Assembly (NCBI GenBank): GCA_002293725.1
Contig: DBDU01000016.1
Location: 1 to 60,544, forward strand
Direction of reading: 5' to 3'
Origin: Patescibacteria group bacterium UBA924
Lineage (GTDB): Bacteria > Patescibacteriota > Microgenomatia > UBA1400 > PJMF01
DNA length: 60,544 nt
Part shown: piece after piece, positions 7,846 through 15,863 of the stretch
How positions within the stretch are numbered: the stretch's first letter is position 1
Layout: the number at the start of each line of letters is the position of its first letter
The notes under the pieces: generated by a model
Databases searched by the model: none
What the model was told of the DNA's origin: nothing
The model's input: the letters and a program-made list of their open reading frames with translations, nothing else
Translations under genes and position numbers: made by a program

Positions 7846-9156
7846 CTAGACTTGCCCTCGCATAATCATTGCGTCAACCACCCGTTGAACCGCGGTCATA
7901 TATGCTGACACTCTTCCAGTTTGCCCAGTTTTTTGGTGCATCTGCCACATCTCAGTGAATGCAGTTTCCATTATTTTTTTTAAGCGAGTAGTGACTTCTT
8001 GAAGCGGCCAACTGTATCCTTGGAGATTCTGAACCCACTCAAAGTAAGAAGTGGATACGCCACCAGCATTGGCCAAGACGTCCGGCACAACAAATACGTT
8101 TCGGGCAGCCAAGACTTCATCTGCTTCTGAAGTGGTAGGGCCATTGGCCATCTCAATCACAGCCTTAGCCTGAATACGATGGGCATTTTCTTTATCGATT
8201 ACACCTTCTAAAGCGGAAGGGACGAGAAGATCTACAGCTAACTCTAGCAGCTCTGCATTAGAGATCTCTTGTACTCCATCACTTGGTAAGCTGCCATGCT
8301 CTTTCTTGTAGTTGAGAACATATTCTGGATCAAGACCTTGTGGTGCATAGATACCTCCACGAGAGTCGGAGATAGCTACTACACTGTAGCCTTTTTGATG
8401 AGCAAGATAGGCAAACCAGTACCCCACATTTCCAAAACCTTGTATAGCAACTGTGATCTGCTTTTTTTCTTTCGTTGGGAAAAGCTGTTCAACCAACTTT
8501 TCCATCACCACTACTCCACCCAGTCCAGTAGCTTCTTCTCTGCCTTCAGAACCTCCCAGAGTGACCGGCTTACCAGTAAATGTTGCTAACGGATTTTCGG
8601 CAGCTGAGTGAGAACTATCGACTACCTTTGCCTGTCGTCCAACTTCTTGTTGGTACTCCTCAACCATCCAAGCCATAGTTTGAGGCGTTGTATTTACATC
8701 CGGAGCGGGAATATCAACCTGAGGTCCGATATATGGGGTAATTAATCGCGCATAGGCACGGCTCAAACGCTGCAGCTCATTTTGAGAGAGCTTTTTAGGG
8801 TCTACGACGACGCCACCTTTCCCTCCACCATAAGGAATCCCTGTTACCGCACACTTCCAAGTCATCCACGTAGAAAGCGCTTTGACTTCTTCTTTTGAAA
8901 CATCAGGGTGGAAACGAATGCCACCTTTGTAAGGACCACGGGCATTGTTATGTTGGGCGCGATAGGCTTGAAATGTCTCACTACGCCCATCATCCATCTC
9001 TACTTCCAACTGACCTTCAATGACTCTGTCCGGCTCTTTCAAACGTTCGATCGCAGCGTCAAAACGGGCAGTATCTTCATCGTGATACTCGGAACGAAGG
9101 AGCCCCGCGACTTTTTCCAGTTGTTTGATCGCCTGTTGATGAGGGTTCATCGACAT
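7846..9156 (-). CDS. gdhA: Glutamate dehydrogenase (Glu/Leu/Phe/Val dehydrogenase family)
   Basis: KGGIRFHPDVSKEEVKALSTWMTWKCAVTGIPYGGGKGGV catalytic-Lys motif. GFGNVG dinucleotide fold. Confidence 0.9.
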   Translation of the reverse strand: MSMNPHQQAIKQLEKVAGLLRSEYHDEDTARFDAAIERLKEPDRVIEGQLEVEMDDGRSETFQAYRAQHNNARGPYKGGIRFHPDVSKEEVKALSTWMTWKCAVTGIPYGGGKGGVVVDPKKLSQNELQRLSRAYARLITPYIGPQVDIPAPDVNTTPQTMAWMVEEYQQEVGRQAKVVDSSHSAAENPLATFTGKPVTLGGSEGREEATGLGGVVVMEKLVEQLFPTKEKKQITVAIQGFGNVGYWFAYLAHQKGYSVVAISDSRGGIYAPQGLDPEYVLNYKKEHGSLPSDGVQEISNAELLELAVDLLVPSALEGVIDKENAHRIQAKAVIEMANGPTTSEADEVLAARNVFVVPDVLANAGGVSTSYFEWVQNLQGYSWPLQEVTTRLKKIMETAFTEMWQMHQKTGQTGRVSAYMTAVQRVVDAMIMRGQV

Positions 9157-9167
9157 GGCTTTCCTTT

Positions 9168-10364
9168 CTACTGAGCCGCGATGATCGCGTCAGCCACCTT
9201 CTCAGCCAACTCTGGTTGAAAAGGATCGGGCAGAATGGAAGTTGCAGTTGGATCTGGCACCATTTGCGCTAAAGCATGGGCAGCCGCGTACTTCATTTGG
9301 GTAGTAATTCGAGGTAGACGCGCTTTGATCACCGCCCGAAAAACACCAGGAAACGCTAGCACGTTATTAACTTGGTTGGCGAAGTCACTGCGGCCAGTTG
9401 CTACCACCACCGCACCAGCTTGGTGAGCGAGATCTGGCAGAATTTCCGGAGTTGGGTTTGCCATGGCAAAGACAATTGCTCCAGGTGCCATACTTTTGAC
9501 CATCTCAGCAGTAACTAAGTTAGGACCCGAAACACCAATGAGAACATCAGCACCTACTAAGGCGGCGGCCAAGTCGCCAGCTTCATCAGGTGTGTTGGAA
9601 AAAGGTAATAGCGCCGCTTTAAAACGGTTGTGATGCGTAGTTACATCTGGGCGACTGGGATAAACTACGCCGCGAGTATCCACCAGCTTTAACTGAGCCA
9701 CTCGTTCAATGTCTGACAGCTGACTTAAAGCAGTCCAAGGACCATCTAAACCGAGTAACATCTTGGCAGTGGCTAGACCAGCGGCTCCAGCTCCGACCAT
9801 CACTACTTTTAGATCGGCAAAGTTCTTTCCAACTACTTTGGCTGCATTGTGCAGCGCCGCCGTGACAACGATCGCCGTTCCATGTTGATCATCATGAAAA
9901 ACTGGAATCCCAATCTCTTGGAGTGCATCTTCAACTTCAAAACAACGTGGGGCGGCAATATCTTCTAAGTTAATTCCGGCAAATGAGGGTGCGACTTGTT
10001 TGACAAACTCGATAATCTGCGACGTTTCTTGCGTATCAATAACTAAGGGAATGCTATCGACGCCAGCGAACTCGCGCATTAATAAGGACTTTCCTTCCAT
10101 CACTGGCATGGCAGCTGCGGCTCCGATATTGCCTAAACCTAAAACAGCCGAGCCATCAGACACCACGGCGACGGTTCTGCCTCGCATCGTCAACTCAAAC
10201 GACTCGGTGGGATCTTTGGCAATCACCCGACAGGCTTCTGCGACTCCGGGGGTGTAGGCTAAAGACAGATCGTCGCGATTCTTCACCGAGACGAGCGACT
10301 GCACGCCCAACTTCCCTTTATGTTGACGATGGTACTCCACCGACTGTTGATAAACGTCTGACAT
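9168..10364 (-). CDS. NAD(P)-dependent malic enzyme (short type)
   Basis: LSLAYTPGVAEAC, FHDDQHGTA and GAGAAG motifs. The ATG at 10364 with AGGAG RBS avoids overlap with trxB. Confidence 0.85.
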   Translation of the reverse strand: MSDVYQQSVEYHRQHKGKLGVQSLVSVKNRDDLSLAYTPGVAEACRVIAKDPTESFELTMRGRTVAVVSDGSAVLGLGNIGAAAAMPVMEGKSLLMREFAGVDSIPLVIDTQETSQIIEFVKQVAPSFAGINLEDIAAPRCFEVEDALQEIGIPVFHDDQHGTAIVVTAALHNAAKVVGKNFADLKVVMVGAGAAGLATAKMLLGLDGPWTALSQLSDIERVAQLKLVDTRGVVYPSRPDVTTHHNRFKAALLPFSNTPDEAGDLAAALVGADVLIGVSGPNLVTAEMVKSMAPGAIVFAMANPTPEILPDLAHQAGAVVVATGRSDFANQVNNVLAFPGVFRAVIKARLPRITTQMKYAAAHALAQMVPDPTATSILPDPFQPELAEKVADAIIAAQ

Positions 10365-10369
10365 GGCAA

Positions 10370-11437
10370 CTATCTCCTCTCCAACCAACGCTCTGCATCG
10401 ATAGCTGCCGCACATCCTTGCCCAGCTGCCGTGATTGCTTGCCAGTACCGGGTATCAACTGCGTCACCACCGGCAAAGACACCTTCAACCGAAGTCATAG
10501 ACGGAAAGGCTACTTTGCCTTCTTCGTCCAGCGCCGCCTTAGCCATCTCTACGCCAGCGGCTGTCACACTCTGACGAGTCAGAATAAAGCCGTGTGAATC
10601 CAACTGGAGTTGACCTTCAAAAATTCCGGTCATAGGCATATGACCAATCGCGATAAAAACGCCATCCACTGAGCGGCTCTCGGTAGCCTGAGTAGCTGTG
10701 TTGACCAATACGACTTCTTTAACTGCACCTTCACCTTTAATTTCTTGAATGCTGGTGTTGTAAAGGACGGTAACTTTTGGATGTGCCTGAACACGATCCT
10801 GCATAATCTTGCTCGCACGCATCTTCTCACCCCGAACTAAGACTGTAACCGTATCTGCAAACTTCGTCAGAGCTAAGGTATCTTCCATCGCTGCGTCACC
10901 GCCACCTACAACGATGGTGTGTTTACCACGATAGAAAGCGGCATCACAGACAGCACAAGTACTGACGCCTCTGCCTAAGAAACTACTCTCGCCAGTAACA
11001 CCTAACATTCGAGAACGAGCTCCCACTGCTACTACGACTGAGTCAGCTTCAACGTCGTGCGGTTCAGCTTTAAGTGCCTCACGCATTTGGGCAAAGTCAG
11101 CTGCAGATCCTTTTTCCAGGATCTCACTGTCAGTTCCGGCGGGAAGATGCGTCCACAGTTTGAATGGTCGAGCTGAAAAGTCGACGGCGTACACATATTG
11201 GTCGATAATTTTGGCGCCGAAGCGTTCAGCTTGTTGCCGCATCTCAATCATCAACTCAGGTCCCATTTTGCCCTGAGCGAAACCGGGAAAGTTCTCAACT
11301 TCAGTAGTCAGCATTAACTGCCCACCACTTTTTTGTCCAGCAAAAAGAAGGGGTTCTAAGCTCGCCCGGCCAGTATAAATGCCAGCCGTATAGCCAGTTG
11401 GTCCACTGCCAATAATGGCAACTTTAGTCTGTTGCAT
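10370..11437 (-). CDS. trxB: Thioredoxin-disulfide reductase (with two internal insertions)
   Basis: GSGPTGYTAGIY FAD motif, redox CAVCD, and GGGDAAMED NADPH motif. At 355 aa it is longer than the usual ~310-320 aa. Confidence 0.85.
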   Translation of the reverse strand: MQQTKVAIIGSGPTGYTAGIYTGRASLEPLLFAGQKSGGQLMLTTEVENFPGFAQGKMGPELMIEMRQQAERFGAKIIDQYVYAVDFSARPFKLWTHLPAGTDSEILEKGSAADFAQMREALKAEPHDVEADSVVVAVGARSRMLGVTGESSFLGRGVSTCAVCDAAFYRGKHTIVVGGGDAAMEDTLALTKFADTVTVLVRGEKMRASKIMQDRVQAHPKVTVLYNTSIQEIKGEGAVKEVVLVNTATQATESRSVDGVFIAIGHMPMTGIFEGQLQLDSHGFILTRQSVTAAGVEMAKAALDEEGKVAFPSMTSVEGVFAGGDAVDTRYWQAITAAGQGCAAAIDAERWLERR

Positions 11438-11443
11438 ATGAAG

Positions 11444-11833
11444 TTAGGCTGCTTGAGCTGTTGGGGCATCACCCACAACTTTAGTAATCATTTGACGATA
11501 TCCTTCTTCGCCAGGGAAGCCGATCTTTCGATCAACTTCCACAACTTTGCCATCTTTTTTGTCAAAGATAATCACCGTTGGGATACTCATCACCCCAAAC
11601 TGCTGAGCGAGTGAGCCAGCTTCGTCGGTGTTAACTTTAGCAATCGTGATCTGCTCTTTCATCTCGGTTGACAGCTTCTCCAATACTGGAGCAGCCATCT
11701 TGCATGGACCACACCAATCGGCGTAGAAGTCAACCATAACTGGCTTTGTAGACTCTTCGATGGTTTTCTGAAAGTTATCCTCGCCGAGGTGTAAAAGACC
11801 TTGTGGAGAGGTCGCTGTGTTTGTATCTGTCAT
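11444..11833 (-). CDS. trxA: Thioredoxin
   Basis: WCGPCK active site. The ATG at 11833 with AAGGAAG RBS is preferred over the GTG at 11866. Confidence 0.9.
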   Translation of the reverse strand: MTDTNTATSPQGLLHLGEDNFQKTIEESTKPVMVDFYADWCGPCKMAAPVLEKLSTEMKEQITIAKVNTDEAGSLAQQFGVMSIPTVIIFDKKDGKVVEVDRKIGFPGEEGYRQMITKVVGDAPTAQAA

Positions 11834-11883
11834 ACTTCCTTTCTTGGTGAGATCACCAGAGATCACTTGCCAAAAATACTACT

Positions 11884-12120
11884 TTAATAGCGGAAGAGCT
11901 CTTTTAATACTTCTTCTAACTCTTCTACTTTTCTCTCTTTATGGCATCGACTGGCTTCATTCGTCAATAAGTCACGAGCGACTCTGCCCAACGAGTTACG
12001 GGCTGCGACCACCTGCCGAACAACATCGACGCAGGCTTGGTCATTTTCATACATCGTAATTACGCCTTCGAGCTGGCCTTTAATCCGTTTTAGTTGGAGC
12101 ACAATTGGGTCGTTTGACAC
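11884..12120 (-). CDS. CsoR/RcnR (DUF156) family metal- or thiol-sensing transcriptional repressor, non-canonical ligand set
   Basis: LKRIKGQLEGV...ENDQAC(30)...E(55)ASRC(59)H. The spacing is identical to the C/H/C ligands of CsoR, but Glu replaces His. GTG start. Confidence 0.8.
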   Translation of the reverse strand: MSNDPIVLQLKRIKGQLEGVITMYENDQACVDVVRQVVAARNSLGRVARDLLTNEASRCHKERKVEELEEVLKELFRY

Positions 12121-12126
12121 TCACTT

Positions 12127-12156
12127 CTTATACCCCCAGGGGGTATGTAGTGTCAA
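12127..12156 (-). promoter_or_regulatory. Promoter with embedded CsoR-type palindromic operator
   Basis: The minus strand reads TTGACA (12156-12151), an 18-nt spacer, then TATAAG (12132-12127). The perfect palindrome ATACCCCC-N-GGGGGTAT (12130-12146) spans most of the spacer and overlaps the first three bases of the -10. The GTG start lies 6 nt after the -10. Confidence 0.65.
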
Positions 12157-12191
12157 GAGGGTGAGAAGAGTTAAAAAGATTGATAAATCAT

Positions 12192-13997
12192 CTATCTCAT
12201 CTGGACAACTTGTTGAAGAAGTTCATTATACTCAACTTTTTGATCAGCAGACATCTCATTCAAGGACTCGAGTTCTGAGATTCTGGCAGAGATCACCGCT
12301 TTCCGATCACTGAGCTGCAGCTGCTGAATATCAGCCCAAGTTTTATTCCACTCTTTACTATACTCTTTGTCACGATCAAGATCGTTAATAATTCGTAAGA
12401 ACTCTTCTTCAGCGGTAATCTCAAACAAGCGTTGTTGCAGATCTTCCGCCAAACCTTGAGCAAATGTTTGCAGCGACCAGTTTTTATCAGCTGACTGCTT
12501 GGCTAAGCTTGCGACCAGTTGTTTAGCCGCAGGAACTTGCCATTCGAACTCTACAACCTGGCGTAGGAAAGTTGGCATTTGACTCGGGGCTGCCTGGAAG
12601 AGCAAAAATAAAAGGTACTGCTCCAGTCGCACTCGGCGGCTGAGTGGCTGTTCTTTGGTTGTCTGTTCTTCTGGTTCATTGGCATTCTTACGTGGTACTT
12701 TTTTCCGCTCACCCAGGACTCCAAACTTCTGTAAGTCTGTTTGGAGTGTCGACTCTTTAACCTGGAGTGTCTCTGCCAGTTTCTTAATGTAGTACTCTTT
12801 TTCGACTGCGTGACTAATCTGGCTAAAGATCGGTGCCAGCTGATTCACCACTTTTCGTTTGCCTTCCGGAGTAGAAACATCTTGCTCACTGACCGCTGCT
12901 CTCATCAAAAACTCATAGACAGAGATTGAAGAACGGACTACTTGTCGCCAGTGTTGGGGATTTGTCCGAGCTAGCTCGTCAGGGTCTTTTTGCGCTTCCT
13001 CACCAAAATCGAGCACCCGCAGCTCAATCCCAAATGGCTTGGCGACGGCGATTGCCCGCCGAGTTGCTTCAAGCCCTGCACTGTCAGTGTCAAAACAGAG
13101 CAGAACTTTCTCGACTGTTCTACTTAACAAACGCATGTGCTCTTCTGTCAGGGCTGATCCTTTGACTGCTACCACGTTATTTACATGTGCTTGAGCAGAA
13201 GAGATGACATCAAACTCGCCTTCTACCACCACCACTTCGTTTTCTTTGCGAATGTTCTGATACAGCTGGGAAAAGCCATACAGCAGCTGACTTTTATGAT
13301 AAAGCAACGTTTCTGGAGTGTTGATGTACTTGGCTTCTTTAACCGCAGAGTCTAAAACTCGCCCCGAGAAACCTACTACTCTGCCACGATGATCGGTTAA
13401 AGGAAACATTAAACGATCACGAAATCGGTCATAGCTTCGGCCTGTTTGATTCTTTACCAACAAGCCTGAAGCATGAATATCTTCCATGCTGTAGTGCTTC
13501 TTATGATTGAGATACTTTAATAGGCCATCCCAACTCGGTAGCGAGTAACCGAGCTGAAAGACTTTAATCGATTCTTGGGTAGTACCGCGTTCTTTGAGAT
13601 ACGCTAAGGCTTTTTTACCCACTTCGTGTTCGGTGAGTAAGTAGTAGTAGTACTCTCGTGCAAGGTTGAGAATTTCTAGCAGCCGTTTGCGCTGTTCGTC
13701 TTCGTCGGTAAAGGTTTGCTTCGTTAAGGTAATTCCGGCTCGGTCGGCTAAGTACTGTAAGGCTTCGGCGAATGTCATTCCTTCGTACTTCTCTAAAAAA
13801 GTAAAGGCATCTCCTGACTCACCACAACCAAAACAGCGATAGCGTTGCAGCTGCTCGCTAACGAAAAAGGAAGGTGACTTCTCGGAGTGAAAAGGACAGA
13901 GTCCACGCCAGTTGGCACCCGATCGCTGCAGCGTTACACGCTCAGAGATTAACTGGACGACGTCAGTTGCAACTTTAACTTCTTGAATCTGGGACAT
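12192..13997 (-). CDS. dnaG: DNA primase
   Basis: CHC2 zinc finger (CPFHSEKSPSF...CFGCG). Toprim region (VVVEGEFDV, DTDSAG). Confidence 0.9.
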   Translation of the reverse strand: MSQIQEVKVATDVVQLISERVTLQRSGANWRGLCPFHSEKSPSFFVSEQLQRYRCFGCGESGDAFTFLEKYEGMTFAEALQYLADRAGITLTKQTFTDEDEQRKRLLEILNLAREYYYYLLTEHEVGKKALAYLKERGTTQESIKVFQLGYSLPSWDGLLKYLNHKKHYSMEDIHASGLLVKNQTGRSYDRFRDRLMFPLTDHRGRVVGFSGRVLDSAVKEAKYINTPETLLYHKSQLLYGFSQLYQNIRKENEVVVVEGEFDVISSAQAHVNNVVAVKGSALTEEHMRLLSRTVEKVLLCFDTDSAGLEATRRAIAVAKPFGIELRVLDFGEEAQKDPDELARTNPQHWRQVVRSSISVYEFLMRAAVSEQDVSTPEGKRKVVNQLAPIFSQISHAVEKEYYIKKLAETLQVKESTLQTDLQKFGVLGERKKVPRKNANEPEEQTTKEQPLSRRVRLEQYLLFLLFQAAPSQMPTFLRQVVEFEWQVPAAKQLVASLAKQSADKNWSLQTFAQGLAEDLQQRLFEITAEEEFLRIINDLDRDKEYSKEWNKTWADIQQLQLSDRKAVISARISELESLNEMSADQKVEYNELLQQVVQMR

Positions 13998-14082
13998 GGG
14001 TATTCCTCACCTGCCAGAAGTATACCCGAAAAAGAGCCATTTGCTGAAACAACTTTAAGGGAACCTGCTACAACACTAACCC

Positions 14083-14748
14083 TTAATCAATGTGCAGTTC
14101 AGGGTTCTTCTTGTGCTCCATCTTTGCTTTGACAAACTCAAAGATCATTGGCACTACAGAGATACCAATGATGGCAAAGACAACAATAGTGAAGTTTTCT
14201 TTCACCGCCGGGATGTTACCAAAGAAGTAACCAGCTAAAGTGAAAGACAGTACCCACACCACACCACCAATAATGTTGTACAGAATGAACTTGCTGTAAT
14301 CCATCTTACCCACACCGGCTACGAAAGGAGCAAAGGTGCGAACAATCGGCACAAAGCGAGCTAAGATAATAGTCTTACCACCATGCTTAGCGTAGAAAGC
14401 TTGTGTTTTATCAATATGCTTTTGATTGATAAACGGGACCTTTGGACTATCAATAATTTTTTGACCCAAGAAGTGACCAATCCAGTAGTTAACCGTGTCA
14501 CCTAAAATCGCCGCAGCAACCAAGATGGCCAAAACAAAGAAGATATTCAAGTCACCAATGGCTGCAATTGCTCCGGTAGCAAAAAGAAGTGAGTCTCCTG
14601 GAAGGAAGGGCGTCACCACTAACCCTGTCTCAGCAAAAATAATTAAGAATAAGATTGCGTAAGTGAGAAACCCATAGTTAGAAACGATCTCGACTAAGTG
14701 TTTATCGAGATGAAGAATAAAGTCAACAAAAAGATGAATAATTTGCAT
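14083..14748 (-). CDS. DedA-family (SNARE-associated/VTT domain) membrane protein
   Basis: ETGLVVTPFLPGDSLLF and RFVPIVRTFAPFVAG motifs. The ATG at 14748 is chosen. The longer ORF approaches the tRNA promoter region. Confidence 0.8.
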   Translation of the reverse strand: MQIIHLFVDFILHLDKHLVEIVSNYGFLTYAILFLIIFAETGLVVTPFLPGDSLLFATGAIAAIGDLNIFFVLAILVAAAILGDTVNYWIGHFLGQKIIDSPKVPFINQKHIDKTQAFYAKHGGKTIILARFVPIVRTFAPFVAGVGKMDYSKFILYNIIGGVVWVLSFTLAGYFFGNIPAVKENFTIVVFAIIGISVVPMIFEFVKAKMEHKKNPELHID

Positions 14749-14816
14749 ATCCGTATATCTTACCACCGCCTTAAAGCGACTTGTATCATTCCCCAACAAG
14801 GAAGACAAAAATACGC

Positions 14817-14822
14817 TATAAT
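14817..14822 (+). promoter_or_regulatory. Candidate -10 box (TATAAT) for tRNA-Ser(GGA)
   Basis: TATAAT lies 13 nt upstream of the mature tRNA 5' end. No clear -35 is present. Confidence 0.3.
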
Positions 14823-14835
14823 CTCGAGTGCACTT

Positions 14836-14923
14836 GGAGGTGTCGCATAGTGGTCAATTGCACACGCCTGGAAAGCGTGATCCTTCACGGGATACAAGGG
14901 TTCGAACCCCTTCACCTCCGCCA
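14836..14923 (+). tRNA. tRNA-Ser (GGA), CCA encoded
   Basis: Acceptor GGAGGTG/CACCTCC, anticodon loop CTGGAAA, long variable arm, T-arm AAGGG-TTCGAAC-CCCTT. Confidence 0.9.
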
Positions 14924-15096
14924 AAGCGTCTTGGTTTGCTCCAAGACCCATCATCTATATTGAAATAGATTGATATATACTTACCAATTCCCACAAATAG
15001 CATCAAGGTCGCAAAAAAGGCCCGTAAGCTAGAAAATCGCTCAAAAATACTCAGAAGGAAAAGTCTTCGACTCTAAGCTTTTGTTATAATTTAGGT

Positions 15097-15468
15097 ATGA
15101 ATAATGTTGAAAACAACAAAAAAATAGCAGTTCAATTTCTTGAACATATTGTTAATAGAAAAATTGATGAAGCCTACCAACTAGTAAACATGGACGGCAA
15201 ACATCATAGTCCTTTTTATCCGGCTGGTTTTTCCGCTCTGCAAAAAGGTATGAAGGAAAATGATGGCAACATTCCGGAAAAAAAACTAACCGTCCATCAG
15301 GTTATTGCAGAAGATAATATGGTCTCCGTATTTGTTCATCTTGCTCTTAAACCGTATGAAATGGCCGTAGTGTATATCTTCAAATTCAAAGATGGAAAAA
15401 TCGATGAGCTTTGGGATTGTGGCATGCCAATTCCTGAAGAGATTAAAAATAAAGATGGTATCTTTTAA
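15097..15468 (+). CDS. SnoaL-like / NTF2-fold protein
   Basis: 123 aa. Shows the NKKIAVQFLEHIVNRKIDEAYQLV ... FKFKDGKIDELWD pattern of SnoaL-like cyclase-fold proteins. The gene is AT-rich. Confidence 0.5.
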   Translation: MNNVENNKKIAVQFLEHIVNRKIDEAYQLVNMDGKHHSPFYPAGFSALQKGMKENDGNIPEKKLTVHQVIAEDNMVSVFVHLALKPYEMAVVYIFKFKDGKIDELWDCGMPIPEEIKNKDGIF

Positions 15469-15473
15469 ATCTC

Positions 15474-15791
15474 ATGCCTGAAAACAAAAAAATCGACCAT
15501 ACTAGTCATGACTGTACTGAAAATGGGTGCGATGTTGTCATGCATTTAAATGGTGTTAAAGAAAAGAAAATTGAAATTATTGATGGATATACCATAAAAT
15601 ATCATGCAAATGGTGTAACTCGTTGGTCAAAAGGTAAAATTGTAGGTGGAAAAACGGATGGGTATTGGGAATGGTATCGACCTGATGGAACTTTAAAACG
15701 CTCCGGACATTTTAATATGGGAGAAGCTGTTGGTGAATGGATAACATATGACAGCAACGGTAAGCCTTATAAAGTGACTAATCGGTCTTAG
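15474..15791 (+). CDS. MORN-repeat-variant (YwqK-like antitoxin/immunity family) protein
   Basis: Repeated G.W..Y..dG.l units: GYWEWYRPDGTLKRSGHFNMGEAVGEWITYDSNGK. Confidence 0.55.
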   Translation: MPENKKIDHTSHDCTENGCDVVMHLNGVKEKKIEIIDGYTIKYHANGVTRWSKGKIVGGKTDGYWEWYRPDGTLKRSGHFNMGEAVGEWITYDSNGKPYKVTNRS

Positions 15792-15863
15792 TACAAGGCA
15801 TGTCTTCAGCGAGCTCGTATTTTTCGGGTTCTCACAACGCAGATTGTCTGTAAAATACAGCCC

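Noticed and set aside
13998-14030. GGGTAT ... ATACCC half-sites just upstream of dnaG as a possible second CsoR operator.
   Set aside because: The half-sites are in the opposite order (GGGTAT-N18-ATACCC) with the wrong spacing compared with the ATACCCCC-N-GGGGGTAT operator. This is most likely a chance 6-mer inverted repeat.
14760-14963. ORFs overlapping tRNA genes. These are 14760-14954 and 14781-14963 over tRNA-Ser(GGA), 53127-53615 over tRNA-Ser(CGA), 49735-49917 over tRNA-Arg, and the 48957 start over tRNA-Ser(TGA).
   Set aside because: The sequence folds into canonical tRNA cloverleaves, so the ORFs are spurious translations of tRNA genes and their flanks.
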